Source: Epiperipatus broadwayi (taxonomy: Eukaryota; Animalia; Onychophora). Taken from it: a DNA stretch of 64,000 nucleotides. Shown here one piece after another: positions 52,650 through 64,000 of the stretch; the stretch's first letter is position 1; each line of letters starts with the position of its first letter. The notes under the pieces were generated by a model, which had not been told where the DNA came from, did no database searches, and was given only the letters and a program-made list of their open reading frames with translations. The stretch is taken from the NCBI GenBank assembly GCA_028023455.1, contig JAQFVV010000004.1, positions 12,896,001-12,960,000 of the forward strand, given 5' to 3'. Made by a program: the position numbers and the translations under genes.

Positions 52650-52762
52650 TAAACCACTAAACATCACATGATCATCATTTCTTATGCTTGCTGAAGCTGT
52701 TAAAACAGGCAAAACCCTCCATACTGAGTGGAACTACTATATGGAGAGTTTTGCCTCTTTTA
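52650..52762. mobile_element. Family A minimal fold-back copy
   Basis: Inverted tail plus ggcaaaaccctccata...tatggagagttttgcc hairpin; decayed TSD gtgataactgga / atgataaatgga. Confidence 0.75.
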
Positions 52763-53819
52763 ATGATAAATGGAATATTATGTGAACTTCTATCTATTTT
52801 TTTAAATAGAAATATAAAATTTATATGAATCGGAAAGTGAAAATTTGTTTTAAATGTTAAATATATTATAAAACAAAGTTTTTGTAATTTATTTTGTGTA
52901 TAATTCAATGATGATTAATTTAATCAATTGTTATATTTTCTTTTTTAAAATAAAAACCAGATTTAAAAAAAAAAAGAATATCATTTTATTATTGATCATT
53001 TAAAAATAATAATTTATTTTTTTGATCATAATTTTTATCAATTTAAAAACATGTATGGTAGTACCTACCTTATCTTTAATAGAGGACTTAACATGCGTAT
53101 AGATACCTCATGGTGAAACAGTAGAAGAACCACATGCTTTGTCTATATATGATTTGTGTGAATCCAAATCACAGAAACTTGAACATTTCAACAGGTTGGG
53201 TATTTTTCATTCAACTAGCTGGTTCATAGCCAATCCAATTAGCCATCTTGTGTTCAAATAATTTTTTGTTAGGAATGAAAGAGATAGAAAAAAGAAATTT
53301 TCCAAAGGAAAATATTTTTCATTAGAAAAAATCCAATAAGTTCTATTTCTTGAGAAAAATTAGCAGTAATAGAACAAAAAGTCTGAATATTTATCAAAAT
53401 CATATTTAAAAACTGTCAAGAATATACAATATTCTTAAAAATTTATATCATAATTTTTTTATTAAAGAAAATGAAATAAAATTCAATATAGTTTTTCTTC
53501 AGAAAACAGCAGTAATAAAACCAACATGTCTGAACATTTGTTTGTGTACATTTAATAATTAAAATCTGCCTTTATTAAATAATTATCTTGGCTCGTATGA
53601 ATATTTTTCAGAGCATATTCCTTGTAAATAATTTCATGACAGTCTAAATTTGGTAAGAAGCCCACCAAATACACTTTGTTGTCAATGCCACCTTTCCGCA
53701 GCATTCTTGAAACTTTTAACTTGGTTATCAACTTGAGAATGTAAACTAATTTCATAACTTAATAGTTTTAAAAATAGAAATGTAGTTTTAGAAATTTAAG
53801 ATGCAGTATAATATACATC

Positions 53820-54290
53820 GCTTTTAACAAGTTGAAAGATAGGACATTTCATCGTAAAGAAATAACTATTGTAACTGAATTAGCTATATGTAAAACTAAT
53901 CTATTGTATGGAAGTGAAACTTGGTCAATCTATTGGCACAAAATAAAGGCATTAGAAGAGGTTCATTTAAGGATACTCTGCAAAAATTTTAAAAATATAA
54001 TGGCTAGATCATAAGAGTATCAATACATTTTTCAATTTACTGGATGAAATAATATAAAATATAGTATTATAAAAGGGAAACATTCTTGAAGTGGGTATGT
54101 GAAACAAATAAACAATGTTTGCTCGACCAAGGTTTTCATGGCAGACATAGATGACATTTACATTATATGGATTATTTCAATGATTTTTTAAAGAAGCTGA
54201 ATGTTGATTGTTTTCATTGAAAGATGTGGCAAAGAATAGAATACATCAGAGAGCTACAATTAAACAATGTTAGTATGTCGGAAATAAAAG
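53820..54290 (+). mobile_element. degenerate RTE-like LINE 3' fragment
   Basis: LLYGSETWS motif in ORF 53832-54014, followed by a decayed 3' region. Confidence 0.55.
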
Positions 54291-54867
54291 TTTTGGGATT
54301 GTCATACTCCTTTATGAGTGACTTCTGATGATAATTACTTCAAATAAATTAGTTGCATGTGGGGCTGTTATTCTGCCATATTTATTATATGGAATAGGGC
54401 TATTAATATTACATTGATGAAAAACGTTACTGAAGAAATTCCATTTAAAAATGTTCTAATAATTAAATTTCTAAAGCACATAGTCATTATGTAAATTAAT
54501 ATATATTAAGGCTTTAACCTTAAGACCATTCAAAAAATAGAGTAACAAGATCAATTGATATATTCTTCTGCTTCCTTGATATGCTGCTTTTGAGCCCACT
54601 ATTTTAAAGGCACGTATTCATTGTATTGAGGATGGGAACAAATAAATATTACCAGAATTCATTTTTTGTGAATATGAATAGATCTTATTTTCATTAATTA
54701 ACATTCAACTGGCAGACTTTCTGAAAATATATAACATTGATTGCGTTCATTTGGTTGGTATAGGGCTAGTCTTCATAATGAAATCAGAATTCTAATATTT
54801 TTGCGATCTCAACAAAATTTCAAATAATGAGATATAAGTAAGAACACCAATTCAATATCAAATAAAC

Positions 54868-55452
54868 TGTCATATCTGACCTTGCCTTCAGAAGTGGACT
54901 AGACCAGATTCCTTCCTTATATAATCGGATTGAGCACTTATTATCACCAACCAATGTAGATAACCAATGTATAAACATAGCCAAAGGATAAAATATAAGT
55001 AGGGCCAATGTGTAAACATGAGTATAAAATCCTACTATTGGTTAGTGCAAGCCAATAGGCAATAATGCTCTCTAAATCCGATTGCTGTCGGTAAGGTGGG
55101 GGATCTGGCAATAAATAGTCAACCTTTTTGGAGGCAAGCCAAAGAGAGAGAATGACTGTAATCTGAATGACTGAATGTGCTCTCAATTGAAACCACTTTC
55201 AATTGCGAAGGTGTTTCTACTATAGTCATTACCGATAAGTCTACACAGTGAGGCAAGTCCACAATAGGACTGGAAGCTGCTATGACTACGGCTGACTTGA
55301 GGCAAGCTGTCCAGTATAGCTGCAAGAGTCTTGACTAGAACTCAAGAGGCAAGCAAATATATACAGCTGGAAATGAATTCAGTCATTCGGATATAACCAA
55401 TTGATTATTGACTAAGTTATACGAAAAATTTGTATTTATTAATGGGATAACA
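54868..55452 (+). mobile_element. solo-LTR-like block
   Basis: TGTCATATC...GATAACA termini, several CCAAT boxes then ATAAATA, GC-balanced non-coding interior; no clear TSD. Confidence 0.4.
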
Positions 55453-56419
55453 TGTATGTATATTTGTTCTAATAAATTATACATATTAACTTTGTGAATG
55501 TTCATATTTTTTGGTATTACTTTTGGTTTGGGTCTGAAACCTGCAATTCAGCCAAACACAGCATAAACAATATTTAATTTTTGTATATAAAATTACATAG
55601 ATACTGTATATCATAAATATTTGAATTGTGTATACATTATTGTTAAATATAGATAATTCACATTTAATTCATAAGAAATACTTTGAGACATGACATTTTA
55701 AAAATGTAATTTTTTATTAACTAGAGTGTTTGATCGATTTTCATTCACTGTAAAACGAAGTTAATTTTTAATAAGTAATTGTTACGATCAATATGAAAAA
55801 GAAACTTATTATAATTAATGTATTCAGAAAAAGCTTGTTATAATTCTAATCTATTACGTAATATATCCATCATTTTTATACTTAATTTTTCAAAATCATT
55901 CGTTCTAAAAATATTTCTTAAATTAGATCTTCATTTATATTGTTTACAGTATATAAAATGTTACGAAATCTAGCACTACTTTTGCTAATTTTTTGTTTTG
56001 TAATACTTTCTGATGAGCGCAATTAATATAAAATAATTTTACATACTCTTTTAAATCTTCTATTGGCATATTAACAGAATCAATTAAAATCTTTTTTTTA
56101 AAAAAAAAAAAATGTCTAAATTCTTCGACAAGACCTTTTAGCACTTCATATTGTGGCAAATCAGAAAGTAATCTTTCTTTTTCCTAATTTATCTTTGAGA
56201 AAAACGATCAGAAATATTCAGGCTGCTTAAAAAAGTTTTTGCAGAAGTTAAAAGATAACATTTTATTATTTCACAATTTATTTTTCACATTTTAATGATT
56301 TAATTGCATTATTATTATTATTTTTTAGGAAGTTGGTATTATCTCAGTCTTTCACTGAGGGTCTTTAAACCCATTTTTTTCGATGTTCGTCATTTCTTAA
56401 TTTTCCAAACGGTATTATG

Positions 56420-56712
56420 CGGGATTCGAACTCAGACTTTCACACGATCCTCAACTCTCCATGCCATCTCATATTTCTGACTCACCTGATCACACACATA
56501 TTGAAAAGATAAATAATCACCAATATACGTATATCATGCTGGACCAACGGATATTGGTGATTATTTGTCTTTTCAACGTGTGTGATCAGGTGGATCAGCA
56601 ATATAAGATGGCATGGCGAGTTGAGGGTCGTGTAAAAGTCTGAGTTCGAATCCCACATACATTGCATATATATATATATGCAGGTTTAAGCCTGTATAGT
56701 GTATTAATTTTT
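56420..56712. mobile_element. family B fold-back with tail and 13-bp TSD
   Basis: Arms 56421-56526 / 56551-56654; HHR core deleted; aaacggtattatg at 56407-56419 and 56713-56725. Confidence 0.8.
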
Positions 56713-57802
56713 AAACGGTATTATGTAGTTCGTTTTTTTACTGTTTATTACAATATTTCTGAAAACGTTTGTCCTTAATACAGAACCAAAGTCGTCAAAA
56801 TAGTAAGTCTTCTTTGAAGCGCCTTTGTGCAAGGTAAATTTTTATGCCCCCCCCCCCCACCATTCCATGAAATAAAATTTGTGAATTAAAACAAAATGAA
56901 TTTTATTTAATAAAAAATATAAAACAGTAGAAAATTATAATTATTTACATTATTTGTACTATTTTTTTATTTACATATGAACTCTCTTGACTTGGGAGAT
57001 CAAAAAAATAACTTTTCTCCATGTCGTAAATAATAATAATAATATGAATCTGAAATCTTGCGACTACACTCATCTTTAGGAAATCCCTTATTAACTATAC
57101 AAGCATTAGCATTTCCAATTAATTTTTACGTTCAGAATTTTTTATCAAATGCTTGGATCATTATGGAAAATCAGAAGTTTCAGGTTTTTCACTTTGAAAA
57201 AAAAAACTTTCGTCAGATTGGGGAAATCGGAACAATCGAACATAAATCTTTCACATACAGAACAAGAAATGACTTAATAACAAGAGTAGTAATTTAACAT
57301 TAATATAATGCAAACAATTAACTAGACATACAATGAAATTAACATACATATTTGAAACTGAATATAAACATATACAGTAAGTCATAGATATAGGAAACCC
57401 AATAACATATATAATTTTATTCATAACCAGCCAAGAGAAGTGCAGTGGCAAAGGTCCCATGAGCCTCCATGATATACATCTTTTATGAAAATCAAAACAT
57501 TTTATCCACATGTTAAATGTAACTATTTTACTTTGTTTTTGGTTTTTGTTTTTTTTTTTGTTGCCAAAACTGTAATTTGTAGATTGTATAATGGCTATCG
57601 CATGCAAAGTGAAATATTGTTCTGCCAAATGTTGCTCGTAGTATTTCTAGGAAAGTACTTGAGAGCACATAAGTATACAGCAAGCCTTATAATTCTGAAA
57701 GTGGTCATATTCCTGTCAAATGAGATATTGAATAACTGAAAATAAAATTCATAAATTAAAAAGAGGAAAAGTGATTATTTAGTATTATATTACTGTCTTC
57801 AT

Positions 57803-58410
57803 TATACACAGAGGCTAAACTATCCATATAGTAGTGTCACCAGTGCAAGCCAGACTAATCAATGGATGCAAGAAATTTTGTGCATAAAATCCCCATCTAG
57901 TGTGTACTCATCCGATATCCCCAGACTAGTTTCTAGCTTGTGGCTTTTTATCAGTGAGGAGCCTTGGATCTGAAAGCAGTGCACCTAGATCTTAGGATCT
58001 AATGCAATCCTCCAACAGCTACCTTTTACCTTATTAGCTAACAATAAAACTTTGAGTTCAAATGAAAACAATGATATTTTCAATTCAGGCTCATTAGCTT
58101 GTATAGTTGTATAGATCTGAACTCTGTTCAGCAACTACACTTTTTGATATCGTTGGTTCTTTAATAACCAGAGTCACCATAATACTATTGGGCAAGGTTG
58201 GTCTTAAACCATTAAACATCACATGATCACCATTTTTTATGCTTGCAGAAGCTGTTTACACAGAGGCTAAATTCTCCATGCAGTAGCCCCATCAGCGCAA
58301 GCCAGAGTAATCAATAAATGGCTTGGACTGGTGATGCTACTGTATGGAGAGTTTAGCCTCTGTAAAACAGCGTGTGTAAGCATAAGAAAAGGTGATCATG
58401 AGATGTCTTT
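57803..58410. mobile_element. Family A element spanning more than one unit (452-bp period) and then folding back
   Basis: cacagaggctaaa at 57807 and 58259; decayed minus-strand HHR at ~57920-57960; sense end plus tail 58325-58410. Confidence 0.85.
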
Positions 58411-58629
58411 ATTGTACTTTGTTCAATATTGTAATTATAAGTTATGTTTAATTTGTAATAAAAACAAATTAATGATTTTTTTTTCAAAATAAACTTTATT
58501 AATAACAAATTTCTACAAGTATATATGTGGCATATGGTACATAATTATGAAAACAATCAATATGTGAATGACATATTAATTATTTGTTGGACTCTTTCAT
58601 CATCTAATATTAAGAAGTGAATGTCTTAA

Positions 58630-59375
58630 TGCATCAGATTTTCAATGGTATGGATGGCTGAAACGTTGGAGGTTTGAGTGGATTGAAGCCTGTCCATTAA
58701 AGTATGAAGATTTACTATCTTAATATAAACTGAGCACTGATTATATATATGTGTGGGATATGCTAATCTGGACCAACTGATGAGTGCTGGTTTACCATGG
58801 AATAGGTTATTGGTGATTATTTATCTTTTCTGTATATCAGTTGTATGAAATAGTATGGTTAGTTGAAGGGTGCTTGAAAATCTGAGTTTAAATCCCATAT
58901 ACTTACAATTAAGCTTCCAGGTTTGTTAAGAGTGCCTGGTTTTCAAATATTTGCACATCAGGCATGTATTCTGTCCATCCCTCTTATATGTATTTAAATA
59001 AATAAGGTCCTATACATGAAGGGTCAGAGTGACTTGAGATCAACATGGGCATGGCAATAATATTGGCATCAGGGTGGAATTTGAGTTTTCATCATCAGAT
59101 TTTCAATGGTATGGATGGCTGAAAAGTTAGAGGTTGTAGTGGATTGAAGCCTGGCCATTAAAGTATGAAGATTTGCTATCTTAATATAAACTGAGCACTG
59201 ATTACATATATGTGTGAGAGATGATAATCTGGACCAACTGATGAGTGCTGGTTTAGCATGAAATACTTAAATTGGTGATTATTTATCTTTTTTATATGTA
59301 TGTCATCATATGTATAGTGGTATGAGATAGTAGAGGTAGCTGAAGGATGCTTGAAAGTCTGAGTTCAAATCCCCT
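58630..59375 (+). mobile_element. two direct family B copies with decayed HHRs 461 bp apart
   Basis: ccaaCTGATGAgtgctgg at 58777 and 59238; both end in a B-box-like gagtt.aaatccc. Confidence 0.75.
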
Positions 59376-61204
59376 ATATTTGACTTATAAAAGAAAATTT
59401 AATTTTAAATAATAGATTTAAAATCAAATATGCTTCATATTAACTTGCTACTAATAAAATGGATTTTGATCTATAAAATGATAAAAATCATCTTACTTGG
59501 ATAATAAACTTTGCTTTATCAGCTACATTATTATCATTATTAACTTCAAGGATTAAAACATAAATGGATTAATCTTATACATGGAATTAAAAGTACTTAA
59601 CATCAAAATTTTTGTATTAAAATAAAATCTGTTTAAAGAATTAAACTGCTACATACAACAAAAACTACTAATGTGATTTTCAATATTTGAAGTAATTACA
59701 TGAAGGATTATCCATGCATAATGTATAGATAATACTTAAAAGGATAATGGATCATAAAAAATCTTTTAAATGCTACTTATAAATTATGGATCCTCCCAAA
59801 TAAATAAAGGTTATAATGAATTACCAGTTTATTAGCGATTTTAAAATAGATTATCTTGGATTAATGATCACATCAATCTGAAATTTAATATTTTATGCTA
59901 CTTTAGAATCAATAATATAAAAACTAAAATAAACTGTCTTACAAATGAAATGGATTGACCTACATTAATAGTTTAATCATGTTATAGTGTTATTGCAAAA
60001 ATATAAATAAAATTTCTCTCAGATATTTCAGTATACAGGTAAAAGGTACTATTTTCTTTAATATTGTAGTTAGTGTTAAGACTGAGTGATTAAATGTAAT
60101 TTATGCAAGGATTTGGGTTTTATAGATGTAGTAGTTATTAAATAATTTAGATTCTTATGAGGTCTTAATTCTTCATCCTCAAATTAAAAGGAGCTATCCT
60201 TATGTGGGCATGAAAGTCTATAAGGAGTATTTTATCTATCACTCATATTTGCTAATATTAAATTTTACTGTTATTTTGTATATAATTGGCAGCCTATTGA
60301 TTTAATTGTTCTTCGTGTTGGTGAAGTAGCACTCTGTTAATAGTAAAGCCTGAAATTGAATCCAGAAAGGGAATTAAAGGCAAAAATATAAATAAGCCCA
60401 CTATGGTAAATTATCATTTAGGTCTACAAAAAAGTGATTTTATACATTCTTATGTTAATAGAGTGAAAATTTCTCCATTATTTGTAAATGAAGTTTATAA
60501 ATGATTGGTTGGTGCAATAATCCAATTATTAATGTTCATAAGACATTTAACTTTCATTATTGTAATAATATCTATTCTCTAATATTAAATTGCAGATTGT
60601 TTTATGAAATCTTGATACAATCTATTCCTTTTAGATGTGATTGTCTTTACCACACAGTATAATAAAAACATTTGACAAATCCCAAGTTTGAATTAGATTA
60701 GGAAATAGGCATTAACATTTTATTTAAATATGTTGTATAATTTTAATTATTGTTGTTATTTGTTTTGTTATTGATTTTATCTTATGCAATAAAATAATTG
60801 TTAATTTTAATACTTCTCTTTGTCATTCTATTGAAAAAACATCATCATTTCATTTACATTTATTATATTGAAGGTCATATTTGAAATATAAATTTGCTTG
60901 TAAAGCTCAGCTGGATCAAATATATCATTGTTATAATAAAGCTATTTGAAACATGAAATATTATTGGATAAGATAGTGAACATAAAACCCTTTTACACTA
61001 TTGTATCCAGTGAATACAGAAATATATTTTCTATGCAAGCATTTATTAGTTTAACCTGAGGTAAATTATTAGTCAACTTTTTTATATAATATTTGCTATT
61101 CATATTTTAATATATAGATTAAATTACTCTGAGTTAATGTTTGAAATAGGAAACATTAATTGTCAAGATTTTGTTATTAAAAGAAATTAGAGTAAGTGAC
61201 TACA

Positions 61205-61223
61205 TATTATTATTATTATTATT

Positions 61224-61320
<97 letters not shown>

Positions 61321-61357
61321 TTAATAATAATAATAATTAATAATAATAATAATAATA
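61205..61357. repeat. (TAT)n/(AAT)n microsatellite with a strand switch
   Basis: (TAT) run to ~61226 then a long (AAT) run; a 17-bp-arm hairpin follows to ~61417. Confidence 0.95.
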
Positions 61358-61789
61358 AGCCAATAAGCTGGAGTATTCATTAAGCGTGTATGTATCAGCT
61401 TATTGGCTTATTAATATTATAGATTATAAAAAAAACATCACGCTATATAAAAAATAAATGTCTTCTTTTTATTCTTCTTCTTATTATTATTATTATTATG
61501 ATGATGATGATGATTATTATTATAATAATAATAAAACCCTAAGAAATTTATTATTTTTAATAAATATTATTATTATAAAGCCTTGAGAAATTAGTTTACA
61601 AAACATTTATAATTTTATTAGAGTTTAGAATAATTGCAAATCAAAGTAAAAGAGATTTTGCTTAGACCCATTCTCTTGTGTAAATGCACTTTTAGTTTCT
61701 CAACCAAACGTTTTTCTTTCTTGTCACAACTGGTAGGCTCAATTGCGAGTGTGTCTTACAATTTTCTGTGGTGATTGTTGTATTTTATC

Positions 61790-62375
61790 ATATGAATTTG
61801 TTCAAAAAAAGAAAATAGATTGATAAGCAAGAAATAGAAGAAGTTAACAACTACAAATACCATAGTCAAATTTTTAATAGGGATGGAAACACAATGGATG
61901 AAGTTAATCAAAGACTTGGGTCAAATGCTTTTGGAAAAAATAAATCAATATTAAAAGAAAATATATCTGTGTTTTTAAAAAAATGGTTTTAAATGGATAT
62001 ATTTTCCCAGTTTCTTACATATGGATTTGAAACATGGATGCTTAATAACAGAAGAGTGGTACAAATACTTCAGATCATGTGACAAACTATGGCAAGATAT
62101 ATAATAGAAGTAACAAACAGATATCAGTGAAATAATGAAGAGACTAAAATGGAACTAGACTAGAAAATATTTCTAGAAAAGAATATAATAAATAAGCAAT
62201 TGAAGTTTCAAGTTGTATTTCAAGAGATTGTAAAACACTTAAAAAAATAAACGTGAAATAGATGAATGAAATAAGGTTTGTTCTTTTGATATACAGAAGT
62301 CTATGGATCAGAGAAATTGGATTAACTTTGGAGAGATCTTTATTTTGCAGTGGATTCTTTGAAAATGATGATGAC
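61790..62375 (+). mobile_element. degenerate RTE-clade LINE 3' part
   Basis: LTYGFETW-like codons and an ...ILQW-like end followed by (GAT)n. Confidence 0.6.
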
Positions 62376-62380
62376 TATTA

Positions 62381-62487
62381 TTTTTTCTTTCCTTCTCATG
62401 TGTCATAGCATCAGCCGGGAAGCGAACCCGTTAACCCGGGACAACCGCTTGTAAAGCAGCTGTCGCTGACCTCTCGACCACCAATGC
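62381..62487 (-). mobile_element. young tRNA-shaped SINE, TAC-loop subfamily
   Basis: 62408-62487 folds as an 80-nt cloverleaf; CpGs retained; short TSD gactatta. Confidence 0.8.
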
Positions 62488-62878
62488 TTGACTATTAATT
62501 TTATAGACAACGGAATCGCAATTACTTAATTTTAAGTTTTCTTATTTTATTAACAAAAGGTAATTTGTAAATATATTAAAACCATTTGCTCGATTAAATT
62601 AAATTATTAAAATATTGTCAATATAATTTAAAACATTTAAATATAGGAAAAAAAATTGTTTGCTTTTAAATTCGTATTTCCACTTACAGAACAATTAAAA
62701 CTTCATCAGATAATCAAAACAAAACAAAATAAAAGTTACTGCGAGGGGAATCCCCTGCGTTTTCTCTCGCTTTTCTTTTAAAAGAAAGTAAAATTATTAG
62801 GGTTTCTTTTTGTTGTACATATTAGGAAAATTTAAGAGTGAGTGAAATATTTGATGTAAGAATTGAATAAAAAACAAC

Positions 62879-62978
62879 GCAAGACCGAGAGGTATCGCAG
62901 CTGCTATGCAAGCAAGTAGTTGATTGCAGACGGTTGTGGGTTCGCGTACCGGCCGATGCTATGACATATGGAAAAAAA
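62879..62978 (+). mobile_element. tRNA-shaped SINE, TGC-loop subfamily
   Basis: Near-copy of 617-720. Confidence 0.7.
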
Positions 62979-63445
62979 GAATTGAACAAAAAAACAGAAA
63001 TAGATGTGGGTGTGATATTATTTGTATTAAAAACTTTTCCAAAAACCTTTCTTTCAATGTTTTGTTTAGACATTTTTCTGTTACTAATTTAATAAAAATT
63101 ATTTTTAAAAACTTTACGTCTTCTTTTCGTACTTATCCAAAACTTCATTGCCTGGACCAATTATCTCAATGTCTCTTGACCTCAATTAGGCTATACATTT
63201 TTTTTTCTTATTTTTTAAACTATTTTTTGCTTTTGAGGAAACGCTAATGCAATCACAGTCCTTTCACAATATGGGCTGGGATGCCATTCAGCAATGGCAT
63301 GTCCTTGTTACTTGTCCTAAGTAGGGCATATCTGGTAAATAGAATTATAATTATGAAAGATTTTGAAGTTTTTTAAAAGAAGAATGTATCATATAGTATT
63401 AAAAGAGTGGAATATATATAAATGTATTTATTAATATCATTTACA

Positions 63446-63661
63446 TTCTTTATTATTTTTCATATAATTACGGTTTTGATTGTCCCAGCAATCTTCTTCA
63501 GAACTTCTACTTATATTTTCAAATCTTAATTGCCAACTATTCAAACTACAGCAGTTAAGATTTGAAAATAAAAGTAGAAATTTTGAAGAAGATTGCTGGA
63601 GCAATTGAAACTATCAATCATGGGTTGTAATTATATGAAGCTCTGTAAAAGTAATAAAGAA
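63446..63661. mobile_element. family E fold-back with two decayed HHR motifs
   Basis: Minus CTGAAGA-A-GATTG CTGGGA CAATC-AAAAC; plus TTGAAGA-A-GATTGC TGGA GCAATT-GAAAC TATC. Confidence 0.7.
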
Positions 63662-63734
63662 TCAGTTGGTCCAGATTATTATCTCCCACACATATATATA
63701 ATCAATGCTCAGTTTATATTAAGATAGCAAACCC

Positions 63735-64000
63735 TTATACTTTAATGGACAGGCTTCAATCTACTCCAACTCTTCAGCCATCCATATCATTGAAATCTGA
63801 CAATGGCAACCTCATCACATATTGGTATCAACATCTGATTTGAGTTTTATTGCAATATTATTGCAATAATATTCACATCAACATGTGATTTCAGCTTTCC
63901 ATCATCAGATTTCAATGGTGTGGATTGCTGAAGAGTTGGAGGTTGAATTAGATTGAAGCCTATCCATTAAAATATGAGGGTTTGCTATCTTAATATAAAC
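63735..64000. mobile_element. family B fold-back, cut by the window edge
   Basis: 63735-63800 is the reverse complement of 63900-63975 and of 58630-58700. Confidence 0.7.

Noticed and set aside
56990-57200. Possible hAT N-terminal zinc-finger remnant (NKGFPKDECSRKISDSYY, minus strand)
   Set aside because: Only a short recalled resemblance, heavily frameshifted.
61171-61383. Poly-Leu/Ile/Asn ORF
   Set aside because: Translation of the (TAT)/(AAT) microsatellite.
62408-62487. Functional tRNA-Val(TAC) gene
   Set aside because: Lacks A58, has a T-stem mismatch and an atypical variable arm, and has an A tail, TSD and dispersed decaying copies, so it is treated as a SINE.
1-64000. CRISPR arrays or prokaryotic operons
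   Set aside because: No regularly spaced direct repeats with unique spacers; the spliced TMEM208 and TE content indicate a eukaryotic genome.

Overview
Very AT-rich, repeat-dense eukaryotic (invertebrate-like) genomic DNA; no prokaryotic operons or CRISPR arrays. The one host gene I recognise is the 3' half of TMEM208 on the + strand: three coding exons (3182-3318, 3832-3916, 47868-47993) with a 43,951-nt last intron. Most of the rest is transposon-derived: RTE-like and other non-LTR fragments, a short tRNA-shaped SINE, hAT and piggyBac remnants, and LTR-like blocks. The most striking structure is a Penelope-like element (PLE) / hammerhead-ribozyme (HHR) landscape. One 5'-truncated GIY-YIG Penelope copy carries an HHR with an A3:U8 core swap. 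Many short non-coding insertions from several unrelated families share one architecture: target-site duplication (TSD), fold-back inverted arms, an extra tail on one arm only, then the TSD again (12-17 bp). More than 15 intact or decayed minimal type-I HHR motifs are visible. All alignments, folds and family assignments were made by eye without database searches. Coordinates of degenerate repeats are approximate.
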